A DNA stretch of 34,986 nucleotides from a virus (taxonomy: Duplodnaviria > Caudoviricetes), in IMG/VR virus record IMGVR_UViG_3300037044_000046, positions 1-34,986 of that record; one strand, given 5' to 3'. This document shows positions 18,849 through 26,551 of this stretch, one piece after another (the first letter of the stretch is position 1; each line of letters opens with the position of its first letter). The position numbers and the translations under genes are program-made. The notes under the pieces are model-generated. The model was not told where the DNA came from and ran no database searches. It saw only the letters and a list, made by a program, of their open reading frames with translations.

Positions 18849-19010
18849 TTACGCCCATTGAGCCACCGCCGCTCCGGCTTTGTCTAAACCGGCCAACAGG
18901 CAGGCCAGCCGCCGTTTGTTTAGCTCAGTTCCCACAAACGGTTTACCGGCCTTAAACGCGGCCAGCCCCACCAGGCCGCCGCCAGCGCCGGAAAAAGTAG
19001 TTATTCCCAC
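18849..19010 (-). pseudogene. C-terminal methyltransferase remnant
   Basis: FSGAGGGLVGLAAFKAGKPFVGTELNKRRLA resembles SAM-binding motifs I-II; only 53 aa. Confidence 0.6.
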
Positions 19011-19654
19011 GCGTGCGAATAATCCAACCCTCTAAATAGTTCAGGCAGGCCGACGTTCTGCTTAAATCGCAAAACCTCATCGGCATCCATTCCCAACTCG
19101 CGGGCGACCTCGTCGTCGGCCCACCCCAACCGGATCAATTCGGCCACGATGTCTGTCATTGGCGATATGCCGTGTACGCCCCGCGCCCGGTTGTGGCGAA
19201 TGGTGGTCGCCATTCGATTGTTTAAGTCTGTTCTCCCGTGGTTAACCAACGTCACCGGCAAATAGCCGTGAACCCTGGCCTTAACCGCGCTGTCTTCCTT
19301 CCCCACCCGGCTGCGGTGTTCGCCGTCTACCACCTCAATTCCCTCGCCGGTGTCCCACCCAACCACCGGTTGGGTGTAGCCGTCGCGGCGAATGCTATGC
19401 CGCAACAGGCGCATTTCCGGCGGCGCGACCTTGTTGGGGTTGTAAGCGTTGCCGTTCACTTGTTCCGCCTCAACCCACAGGACGCAATCTATGGGTTCGT
19501 TGCAAAATGGCGAAACCGCGTGCAGGGCTTGCCGGATGCGGTTCAGTGCCTCAATCTGTTCCGGCACAGGCAGCGCCTGCACCTGCCGGGCCAGCGTTTC
19601 GGCCTGGTTCACCAAGTCATCGACCTGGCTGCCAAACAGGGAAATTTGGCTCAT
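19001..19654 (-). CDS. ibrB: IbrB/YbdM-like ParB/Srx-family protein
   Basis: SPF..EP.DCV.WV, N.YNPN.VAPPEM.LL..SI..DGYTQP, VVDG.HR, TIRHNRARG.H. Confidence 0.92.
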   Translation of the reverse strand: MSQISLFGSQVDDLVNQAETLARQVQALPVPEQIEALNRIRQALHAVSPFCNEPIDCVLWVEAEQVNGNAYNPNKVAPPEMRLLRHSIRRDGYTQPVVGWDTGEGIEVVDGEHRSRVGKEDSAVKARVHGYLPVTLVNHGRTDLNNRMATTIRHNRARGVHGISPMTDIVAELIRLGWADDEVARELGMDADEVLRFKQNVGLPELFRGLDYSHAWE

Positions 19655-20070
19655 TTTACCCTCCGCTGCATTACAAGAAATTCTCCCCAGCAACCTGTCT
19701 CGACAAATCCGTGGCCTAAAAACATTGGCGCAGAATTGGTATTGACCGCCGCCTCCAGCACAGTCACGCCCGGCCAACTCAGCACGTCGGCCAATCTATC
19801 CTCAAATAGCCGGGAATACAGACCGTTGTCTCTATATTCAGGCAGAACGTAGGCGTAGGTCAAAACGACCTTGCCGTTTTTGTGGCGACGAGCCATACAA
19901 AATCCGGCGGTTTTATCATCATCAGTTAGTGCTACCCACCAGGTGCAATCCTGGGTTGAGACGACGTAGCCGCCTAAAATTTTGTGAACGGCCGGCGTTA
20001 CCAGATGGCAACCGATTTTTCCCCACAGCCGTTCATTTTCACAGTCGTGATCGTGTTTTTCGATGCGCAT
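19651..20070 (-). CDS. GNAT-family acetyltransferase
   Basis: Motif A YVLPEYRDNGLYSRL; NSAPMF..HGF. Confidence 0.85.
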   Translation of the reverse strand: MRIEKHDHDCENERLWGKIGCHLVTPAVHKILGGYVVSTQDCTWWVALTDDDKTAGFCMARRHKNGKVVLTYAYVLPEYRDNGLYSRLFEDRLADVLSWPGVTVLEAAVNTNSAPMFLGHGFVETGCWGEFLVMQRRVK

Positions 20071-20079
20071 AATATTCTC

Positions 20080-21477
20080 CTAAAGTTTTCTGACCATTTC
20101 CCGCAGCGCACCTTTGGCCGTGGGGTGGGTCAAATCCACCTTCACCGCCTCAATGCCGCCGGAAAGATAGGCGTTGTATTGCTCTCTCAGGTATTTGTAG
20201 TACGGCTCCACCGACACCCGTACCTTGACGCGCCCGGTTTGTTCCACCGCGTCGTACACATCGCGCTGGGTGTACTTGGTAAAGTTGATGTCCAGGGTAT
20301 TGCCGCTGAAATCGTTTTTCAAGACCGAGAGGCAGAGCTTCCGCCAACTCGGAATGTTGAAGCCGGTCGGGTTTTCCAGCGGCGTGTCATCGTCTACAAC
20401 GTCGCTAATGGAATGGATAAACCGTTTTTTGGCGTACCATTCCAGAGCGATGGCAAAATTAGCCAGATACCGCTCCCGTACCACATCTGGTACGGTTGAA
20501 AGCAACAAAAACGTGTATGATTGCCAGGTATGGCCCGGCGGCAAAATGCCCCGATGATAGCCCAGTAGTTTTTGCCCGGAATACCGCGCCCCAAAATTTA
20601 CCCCGGCCACTCGATCCAGCGCCAGCGCCCACGTTTCCGGTTCAATCTTGGCCCACTGATCCAACCCCCGGCGCTGCTCATCACCGTAGGGCTGGCAGAT
20701 GCGCTGCTCAACCAGGGGGACGCCAGACAGGTACATCAGGTCGTAAATTTTATTATAAGCCATTCCGGCATCATAGGTGAACTTCCAAACGTCCTCCACC
20801 CGCCAGTCATAAATCGGATAGAGGTTGACGATTTCCGGCTCTTTCTCGTTTGGGACGGTGCTCCATTTGACCTTGTGTCCGTCCGGGAAAATGTAATTGG
20901 CTTTTTTCCGTTTGCCTTTGATGGCCGTATACCGATGAAATGATTCATCGGCCCGGATACCCACCAGGCTGGCGTAGGACGTTGTGCCAAGCTGGGCCTT
21001 GAACCAGCGTGGAAACTCGGTCACAATTTCATCTACGCCAAAATTGAGGTCGTAAAAAGGCAGCGCCGCCGGGTCGCTGATAACGCAGTCGTGGCCCGGT
21101 ATTGGGCGTACCCAGCGGTCGCGCTCTGCCGGGTCCCAGGTGCGCCAGTGGGGCTGAAACACGCTGACCGCGTTCCGCCACAGCAGCGGGACACAAATCC
21201 AGATGGGGATGATAGTCTGGTCGTTTAGGATAGTTCGCTCAATGTGGGCAATCGTGGCCTGATACTGCGCTTCCGGGTCAACAAACAGCGCGTAAATCTG
21301 CCGACCTCGGCTGACCGCCTCGCGGCGGGCCAATTCCAGCAAAACGCCGGAATCTTTCCCGCCGGATACACTGACCACCACCGTCTCAAAGTGGTCAAAC
21401 ACCAGCCTCATTCTGACCAACGCTGCCTGGTAGACGTTGGTATCGGCCAAATAGACTTTGCCGCCCCCGCCGCTCAC
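20080..21477 (-). CDS. ibrA: IbrA/YbdN-like PAPS-reductase-family protein (DUF3440)
   Basis: PP-loop SGGKDS, D.EAQY, VGIRADES, YPIYDW, QRICQPYG, ILPPGHTW, PSWRK; GTG start at 21477 with GGAGG. Confidence 0.92.
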   Translation of the reverse strand: MSGGGGKVYLADTNVYQAALVRMRLVFDHFETVVVSVSGGKDSGVLLELARREAVSRGRQIYALFVDPEAQYQATIAHIERTILNDQTIIPIWICVPLLWRNAVSVFQPHWRTWDPAERDRWVRPIPGHDCVISDPAALPFYDLNFGVDEIVTEFPRWFKAQLGTTSYASLVGIRADESFHRYTAIKGKRKKANYIFPDGHKVKWSTVPNEKEPEIVNLYPIYDWRVEDVWKFTYDAGMAYNKIYDLMYLSGVPLVEQRICQPYGDEQRRGLDQWAKIEPETWALALDRVAGVNFGARYSGQKLLGYHRGILPPGHTWQSYTFLLLSTVPDVVRERYLANFAIALEWYAKKRFIHSISDVVDDDTPLENPTGFNIPSWRKLCLSVLKNDFSGNTLDINFTKYTQRDVYDAVEQTGRVKVRVSVEPYYKYLREQYNAYLSGGIEAVKVDLTHPTAKGALREMVRKL

Positions 21478-21644
21478 TATTCCCCTCCATGGCAGCGCAC
21501 CACGGCCCGCTGCTGCGCCAGCGCCGCCGAATCGTAGCGGCGATAAACCGCCTCGACATCGGATTTTTTGGCCGGGGTGGGGTTGTAAGCGTAACGCCCC
21601 AATTCGATGGATTTGAAGCCGACAATGTGGTAGGCGGGGATCAT
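21477..21644 (-). CDS. 55-aa hypothetical protein (not in ORF track)
   Basis: MIPAYHIVGF...VRCHGGE; overlaps both neighbours. Confidence 0.6.
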   Translation of the reverse strand: MIPAYHIVGFKSIELGRYAYNPTPAKKSDVEAVYRRYDSAALAQQRAVVRCHGGE

Positions 21645-22426
21645 TTCGCCCCCCACAGCCGCTCGACGGCGGCCCGGCTGACGAGCGTTTTACCCTGGCG
21701 CTGATGAACTGCGTCTGCATTATCGTAGCCGGTCAGCCGCCCGGCGCGGATGGCGTTGTTGACCGCCTGCACACTCGGCGCACCGAGTTCGACGGCCTGG
21801 GCCTGGGTGATTAGGTCGGTGGGGGGCGCGGTCAGTGCATCGACCGCCTCAAACCAGTCAATCTCGCCGGGGTCTACCGGCAGTTCAGGCGCGTGTTCCC
21901 GCCGGTCCGGGGCGTAGAAGGACGCCTTACCGGTGCGGTTGGAGATAGCAAAGTAAATCCGGCGGGGATTGTAACGGAAAATGACAGCATTAACATCATC
22001 GACCATTTCCCGGAGCATTTTCCCAAATAGGTACGGGCTGCCGTAGCCCTCATCAACCACCACCTCGGTAGCTGCCCATTGCCGGTGCCAGTCCGGGACC
22101 GCCAACTGCTCCGGGGTCAGCACCTCCCGGATAGTGGCGTCTGCCATTCTGTCATCGTCATTTACTTCAATCATCCAGAAAGCCGGGTGATCGAATGGGT
22201 CAACGGCTGGCGTAGCCGGCAGCGGAGCGATCAACGCCATCCGGTATTTGGCCTCGACATCGGCGCGGTAGACGCGGGCCTCGTCCGCGTAGCCCAGCGC
22301 CTCATGCTCGTCACTGAAGCGGGCCAGTTGCCGGCCAGAGTGCCACGTGCCATCAGGGCGTTGGTGCTCGTTCTGCACCAGCCAATCGCCAGATTTAGTT
22401 TGGCGGGTAATAATTTTAGTATTCAT
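21641..22426 (-). CDS. Hypothetical protein with C-terminal HTH (excisionase/HTH_17-like)
   Basis: LITQAQAVELG..SVQAVNNAIRAGRL...TLVSRAAVERL; RBS AGGGAG. Confidence 0.75.
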   Translation of the reverse strand: MNTKIITRQTKSGDWLVQNEHQRPDGTWHSGRQLARFSDEHEALGYADEARVYRADVEAKYRMALIAPLPATPAVDPFDHPAFWMIEVNDDDRMADATIREVLTPEQLAVPDWHRQWAATEVVVDEGYGSPYLFGKMLREMVDDVNAVIFRYNPRRIYFAISNRTGKASFYAPDRREHAPELPVDPGEIDWFEAVDALTAPPTDLITQAQAVELGAPSVQAVNNAIRAGRLTGYDNADAVHQRQGKTLVSRAAVERLWGAK

Positions 22427-22449
22427 TATTGACTCCCTTGTTTGGTCAG

Positions 22450-22501
22450 ATAATTAATTTAATTCTGTCATCAGTTTATCACAATTAAATTTAATTGTCA
22501 A
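22450..22501 (-). promoter_or_regulatory. Sigma70 promoter with palindromic operator
   Basis: TTGACA-17-TAAACT with TG; perfect palindrome ACAATTAAATTTAATTGT at 22481-22498 and a degenerate copy at 22450-22466. Confidence 0.85.
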
Positions 22502-22510
22502 CCCCCAATT

Positions 22511-22762
22511 TTACAGATTTTCGGCCAGATATTTCCGCACCTCATCCCGGCCCAGCGCCTTGAGCTTTTGCACTGTGCGCCGGAAATCGTCTACCGTCCG
22601 CCCCTTGCGTGTTAGCGCGCTAAAAATCCGCTCCTCGATTTTGGAGCGCGAGGCCAGATCAATATAGGTGGGGCGGCGGGTTTGTCCGATCCGGTGGTTG
22701 CGGTCCTCCGCCTGCTGGCGGTGGGCGTAGTTAAATTCATTCTCGTAAAAAATGTTGTGGCA
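22511..22762 (-). pseudogene. SNF2-type helicase C-terminal remnant
   Basis: QQAEDRNHRIGQTRRPTYIDL..SKIEERI (motif VI); no in-frame start. Confidence 0.85.
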
Positions 22763-23333
22763 TAAATTCTATTACCCACACCCACGGGTTACTATCCCAA
22801 CTGTAGCCCCGATTTGCATTGATTTTGTTCCATAAATCCATAAATTTATAGCGTGCGCTGCCGAGTAAAAATATCGTATCAGCATCAACGCCTTCCTGTT
22901 CGGCGTCCATATTTGTGATGCTTTGCAACCTCTCTACTCGCACATTATCAACGCGTAATGTCAAGCGACTAGCCCAACGTGGCATAAAAATGGACGGACG
23001 CCATCCGTACCACGGATCATCTGGTTTATCTGGATTATACAAGCCGGGATGTTCGTCAGTTGCTTTGTAGATTATTTCGCACTCATTTATTGGACGTTCG
23101 TCCTCATCTGGCGATACGGCCTGCCACGTTTCACGTACCCATAACAGATCGGCCGGCTTTCCATACGGGCAGTTCACATGCTGACCGTTAGCTAAATACG
23201 GCCATAATTTTTGATTACCATTCATAATCCGGCCAACAACACCACGAGTGACAACCCGGCGAGTCTGCGTTTTTTGTTTATTCAAAATGGCCTTGACCAT
23301 TTCCGTTGAAAATAAAATTGGTTTCTCTGCCAT
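22737..23333 (-). CDS. ASCH/PUA-like phage protein, probably a promoterless cassette gene
   Basis: KPILFS.EMVKAIL...KTQTRR, CPYG, LWVRETW, WRPSIFMPR, VERLQ.I, NPWVWVIEF. Confidence 0.85.
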   Translation of the reverse strand: MAEKPILFSTEMVKAILNKQKTQTRRVVTRGVVGRIMNGNQKLWPYLANGQHVNCPYGKPADLLWVRETWQAVSPDEDERPINECEIIYKATDEHPGLYNPDKPDDPWYGWRPSIFMPRWASRLTLRVDNVRVERLQSITNMDAEQEGVDADTIFLLGSARYKFMDLWNKINANRGYSWDSNPWVWVIEFMPQHFLRE

Positions 23334-23348
23334 ATTGCCTGCCTCCAA

Positions 23349-23600
23349 TTAGCCGCAACCTAACGAAAAAAGTTCAGGCGATTGCGGGTGGGCGATTGTC
23401 GCCACGATTCTCAATGCAAAAGGATTGATAGAACCCGCACGCTCGACGTAATCATTTAGTGCTTGATAAGTGGTCGGTAATTCTGGAAGCGATGCCGGGT
23501 CTGGAGCAGATCGTTCCGATTGCTGAATAGAGGGTATACGTATTGTTTGAGAGGGCGGAGTCCCACCTCTGTTTTTTTGTCGAGAGGAGCGTTTGGCCAT
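23349..23600 (-). CDS. 83-aa ORF, probably truncated and fused to the attC remnant
   Basis: TAATG-coupled to the upstream ORF; last ~30 codons run through the attC remnant. Confidence 0.55.
   Translation of the reverse strand: MAKRSSRQKNRGGTPPSQTIRIPSIQQSERSAPDPASLPELPTTYQALNDYVERAGSINPFALRIVATIAHPQSPELFSLGCG
23358..23439 (-). mobile_element. Truncated attC (right arm and inner stem only)
   Basis: - strand TGCGGGT...ACCCGCA-ATCGCCTGAACTTTTTTC-GTTAGGT; left arm absent. Confidence 0.55.
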
Positions 23601-23824
23601 TATTTATTTTCCGGTACGATTAAATGACTGGCGGTGGAAGTCGAAGCATCAACAGAAAAAGTGATTTCTGCGGAACTTTTCACTGTAGGAATATCCTCAT
23701 TTACTTGTCCCATTGCCATAAGAGACTGACGATAAACGTGATCGATTGTTGCAAAAGTATCTAGTATCAGGGCTAAATCCGCATCTTGTTCTCGTAATTG
23801 CTGAAGTTCATCGGTTAGATTCAT
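23600..23824 (-). CDS. 74-aa acidic hypothetical protein
   Basis: RBS AAGGAG; own promoter upstream. Confidence 0.75.
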   Translation of the reverse strand: MNLTDELQQLREQDADLALILDTFATIDHVYRQSLMAMGQVNEDIPTVKSSAEITFSVDASTSTASHLIVPENK

Positions 23825-23869
23825 AATTACAAACTCCTTTCAATCTATTCAAAAATTGTGTGCGTATCT

Positions 23870-23898
23870 ATTATATCATGAGAGTATAAACCTGTGAA
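23870..23898 (-). promoter_or_regulatory. Sigma70 promoter of cassette C
   Basis: TTCACA-17-TATAAT with TG. Confidence 0.75.
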
Positions 23899-23967
23899 TA
23901 AACAAAGGGTTAAGAATTTTGGCTAACGCATTTATTCTATCAATTGAGGTAATCGCTTGTATTAGCC

Positions 23968-24075
23968 GCCCAACACCCCTGCGGTTTAGCCGCGCCCGCG
24001 CGATAAATTTATTTTGTTTGCTCCAATTGTTCCGTTTGCCCCGATTCGGGCGTCGGCTCCAACCGCTTGTTAGGC
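23968..24075 (-). mobile_element. attC site 1 (108 bp)
   Basis: - strand GCCTAAC AAGCGGTTGGAGCCGACGCCCG...CGGGCGCGGCTAAACCGCAGGGGT GTTGGGC; upstream gene stop is the TAA of R''. Confidence 0.88.
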
Positions 24076-24258
24076 AGACGTGCGGTCAACTTCAATAACC
24101 TTCAATTCCCCGCTTGCGATACGGCGAATAAGCGCACGCCAGCTTGATTTACCTTTTTCCGGGCCTTTGGTTGACACGGAATTGGTGGAAGCGGCCAGTT
24201 CTTCCAGCCGCTTCCACTGAGATACCGTAAGCGTAAGTGAACGTCTATCTTCGGGCAT
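24070..24258 (-). CDS. Small RHH-like DNA-binding protein (cassette A)
   Basis: RRSLTLTVSQWKRLEELA...SWRALIRRIA strand-helix-helix pattern. Confidence 0.7.
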   Translation of the reverse strand: MPEDRRSLTLTVSQWKRLEELAASTNSVSTKGPEKGKSSWRALIRRIASGELKVIEVDRTSA

Positions 24259-24461
24259 TATTCCTCGCCCTCTTCGGTCGGATCAACAACCGGGCGAAAC
24301 TCATCAAGGTATTCTTGCCAATATAGCTCAACTTCTCCTGGCAGGATGCCAGGGGCTACACAATACATCTCTCCAAAGTCGTTCTCTCGATTGGCGTCAA
24401 ATAGGCTGACGCTATTCTCTGGATCAAAACTTGACGGCTTGACTAATTTCTTGGGTGACAT
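24258..24461 (-). CDS. Small acidic protein (cassette A)
   Basis: 67 aa, 16 D/E vs 5 K/R; RBS AAGGAG; TAATG overlap. Confidence 0.8.
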   Translation of the reverse strand: MSPKKLVKPSSFDPENSVSLFDANRENDFGEMYCVAPGILPGEVELYWQEYLDEFRPVVDPTEEGEE

Positions 24462-24487
24462 TTCATATCTCCTTGACTAAATGATTT

Positions 24488-24533
24488 ATACTAGCTAGTA
24501 TCTATATTACCATACTAGCTAGTATTTTGTCAA
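24488..24533 (-). promoter_or_regulatory. Cassette A promoter with two perfect palindromic operators
   Basis: TTGACA-18-TAATAT; ATACTAGCTAGTAT at 24488-24501 and 24512-24525. Confidence 0.85.
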
Positions 24534-24571
24534 GGTGTTTTGGCAGATTTTAAGGTAACTTCTCTCAGTCT

Positions 24572-24660
24572 GCCTAACGGACAGCCAATCAGCCGCCCGG
24601 CTAAAATTTTTGATGTAAAATACCAGCGCCTACGGGTCGGCTGCATTGGCCTTGTTATAT
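24572..24660 (-). mobile_element. attC site 2 (89 bp)
   Basis: - strand ATATAAC AAGGCCAATGCAGCCGACCCG...CGGGCGGCTGATTGGCTGTCC GTTAGGC. Confidence 0.88.
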
Positions 24661-24842
24661 TGCGTAAATTCTGCGTGTTTCAAGAGTACAATTTCCTCAA
24701 ATAAATCTGCGGCGGTTTTGCCGACCTCTGCCAATTTGCGTTTAATTTCGGGGGTACACCGGATGTAAACCCGCTCAGTTCTCCCGCCCTTGTGGGGAGT
24801 AATAGAGCGGGGGGCAACGCCCCCCTGCTCTTTGTTGGTCAT
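24630..24842 (-). CDS. Small RHH-like DNA-binding protein (cassette B)
   Basis: 70 aa from ATG 24842; RTERVYIRCTPEIKRKLAE..KTAADLFEEIV. Confidence 0.7.
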   Translation of the reverse strand: MTNKEQGGVAPRSITPHKGGRTERVYIRCTPEIKRKLAEVGKTAADLFEEIVLLKHAEFTQYNKANAADP

Positions 24843-25021
24843 TACTGGGTGTTCTCGTCGGTTTCCATTTCCGGCAATTCGTCCCATTCCTGGGCGATTT
24901 CGGCGGGGGTCATATCATCAGTGTCGCCTTCTTCAATCCAATCGCTCAGGTATGTTCCGTCCTTCGCTACCGGGGTCTTTACCAGTTTTGAAACTTCTTC
25001 GTACAATTCTTGCTTCGTCAT
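24842..25021 (-). CDS. 59-aa highly acidic protein (cassette B; not in ORF track)
   Basis: MTKQELYEEVSKLVKTPVAKDGTYLSDWIEEGDTDDMTPAEIAQEWDELPEMETDENTQ; 18 D/E vs 4 K; RBS AAAGGGA. Confidence 0.8.
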   Translation of the reverse strand: MTKQELYEEVSKLVKTPVAKDGTYLSDWIEEGDTDDMTPAEIAQEWDELPEMETDENTQ

Positions 25022-25068
25022 TTTGAAATCCCTTTCTTTTTTAGTATCGTGTGTTTGTCACTCGACTA

Positions 25069-25104
25069 TGTATACAGTATAACAGATTGTGCGTACAATG
25101 TCAA
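25069..25104 (-). promoter_or_regulatory. Cassette B promoter with palindromic operator
   Basis: TTGACA-17-TATACT with TG; ATTGTGCGTACAAT in the spacer; TGTATACA near +1. Confidence 0.85.
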
Positions 25105-25174
25105 GTGTTTTTGCTATGAGTTTTCAAAACTCGTCACTTTTTTAAGGTTGGCTCAATTAGCAATATAACAACAT

Positions 25175-25408
25175 TTAGACTGATTCTATACACATACAAT
25201 CAGCATAAATCAAAAATTCAACATACCTGGAAAACGATAGCCCCATCTCTGTGGCCTGGGCCTGGCCCCGTTTAATGGCGGACGGGGCCAGGGTGACATC
25301 CACTCGCCGGCGTTTCTGACCATCCGGCAGCGGCTTTGGCCCAGATTTGGCGCACACCCGCCGCACCGCGCCGCCGCTGACGGTGGGATAACTGATGATC
25401 CTGGGCAT
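25175..25408 (-). CDS. RHH-like DNA-binding protein
   Basis: RRRVDVTLAP.AI...QA.A.EMGLSFSRYVEFLI. Confidence 0.7.
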   Translation of the reverse strand: MPRIISYPTVSGGAVRRVCAKSGPKPLPDGQKRRRVDVTLAPSAIKRGQAQATEMGLSFSRYVEFLIYADCMCIESV

Positions 25409-25986
25409 CACGCGGCCTGCCTGATTTTTTGCAGTTGTTCCATGTAATCCAGAATTTGCGGGCGAAAACTGCCGCCCGTGGACGGAAAGCCCAATATCTC
25501 GGCTATTTTGCGCTGCGCACCCCATACGGGCTGCCCGGTTTCATCCAGCAGTTCGGCGGCGGCGCGGTGCAATTTGTCCAGTTGGTCATCATCCGCCGAT
25601 TCTATTTTTGCCAGCCGCTGTTCCCAACTGTGCCCGGCCACCCGCCGATAATCATCCTTGAGAGCATTGATTACGTCATCGCCCACCATGTTGCTGCTAT
25701 CAAAGCGGCTTATGGTAAGAGCTATCTGTTCGGCGCTTGACATATCCGGTTTGAGATCGTCAATGGTGATGCGGGTAAAATGTTGACCCAATCGTTTGAG
25801 GGTGGGAATGAGGCCCCGCGGTTGCGGCGGGTCCAGGCTATCGGCCCAGGCGCGCAGGGCGGCGGCCAGATCATCTCCGGCCAGTTTGAACCAAATGCGG
25901 TCATCATCTGTGATGAGAAGTTGGCCCGATTCTGTTGGCTCTATTTCCACCGATACTGTCATTTTTGGCAAAATCAATTTGTACAT
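25408..25986 (-). CDS. Hypothetical protein, possible C-terminal HTH
   Basis: 192 aa in the operon; AQRKIAEILGF. Confidence 0.65.
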   Translation of the reverse strand: MYKLILPKMTVSVEIEPTESGQLLITDDDRIWFKLAGDDLAAALRAWADSLDPPQPRGLIPTLKRLGQHFTRITIDDLKPDMSSAEQIALTISRFDSSNMVGDDVINALKDDYRRVAGHSWEQRLAKIESADDDQLDKLHRAAAELLDETGQPVWGAQRKIAEILGFPSTGGSFRPQILDYMEQLQKIRQAA

Positions 25987-25993
25987 GGCGGCC

Positions 25994-26173
25994 TCAAAAA
26001 ATTTCCAGCATCAGCAGAGCGGCCATTCCTGCGCAAAAAAACAGCAGGGCCGCACCGGCGGTGATGTAATCATAGGGCACTATGCCATAAAAATTTGTGT
26101 AGCTCACCAGCCCGGCCAGGGCCAGGGCGGCGAGGATAATCCCCAAAATGGCGCACAGCATTGGGGTGGTCAT
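25994..26173 (-). CDS. Small two-TM membrane protein
   Basis: Two hydrophobic segments; overlaps the upstream stop. Confidence 0.65.
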   Translation of the reverse strand: MTTPMLCAILGIILAALALAGLVSYTNFYGIVPYDYITAGAALLFFCAGMAALLMLEIF

Positions 26174-26532
26174 TGTTCCCCACCTCGCCACAAATCGACG
26201 TGCTGCCGGGTGAACAGCGGCGGCCCAATGCGGCTGACTGTGCCCAGCACAATGACCCGCTCCGGGGGGAGTTCGTAGAGGTGGCCCTGATGATCAATGT
26301 AGAGGCCGGGAAGAAGGGCCTGGACAATGCGTTTGTGGCAGCGTTCATCGGGGTCAATATACCAAATGTACAGCGATTCCCCCGGCTGGCCCTCGTCCGG
26401 GGTAACGAATATGCCCCGGTAATCGTCCAGAAAATCGGCAATGAACTCGTCCTCCCCTGCCCCGGCCACTCCCCGCCGCAATTCGATGAAATCCTCTTTT
26501 TGCTTCTGCCAATATTCAATTGTGTGCGTCAT
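26170..26532 (-). CDS. Hypothetical protein
   Basis: 120 aa, operon orientation. Confidence 0.7.
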   Translation of the reverse strand: MTHTIEYWQKQKEDFIELRRGVAGAGEDEFIADFLDDYRGIFVTPDEGQPGESLYIWYIDPDERCHKRIVQALLPGLYIDHQGHLYELPPERVIVLGTVSRIGPPLFTRQHVDLWRGGEQ

Positions 26533-26551
26533 TTTTCCCGTCCTTTTTTTG

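Larger units (their letters stand above)
22762..25169 (-). mobile_element. Integron-type cassette array without IntI (CALIN-like), about 4 cassettes
   Basis: Two full attC sites, remnants, complementary cassette ends and AT-richer sequence. Confidence 0.8.

Noticed and set aside
21478-21720. N-terminal extension of IbrA in the ORF track (likewise for IbrB and int)
   Set aside because: Overlaps better-supported coupled genes; downstream starts fit the gene overlaps and family N-termini
23348-23969. IS-type target-site duplication ATTAGCCGC
   Set aside because: No transposase or terminal inverted repeats; both copies sit just inside cassette core sites
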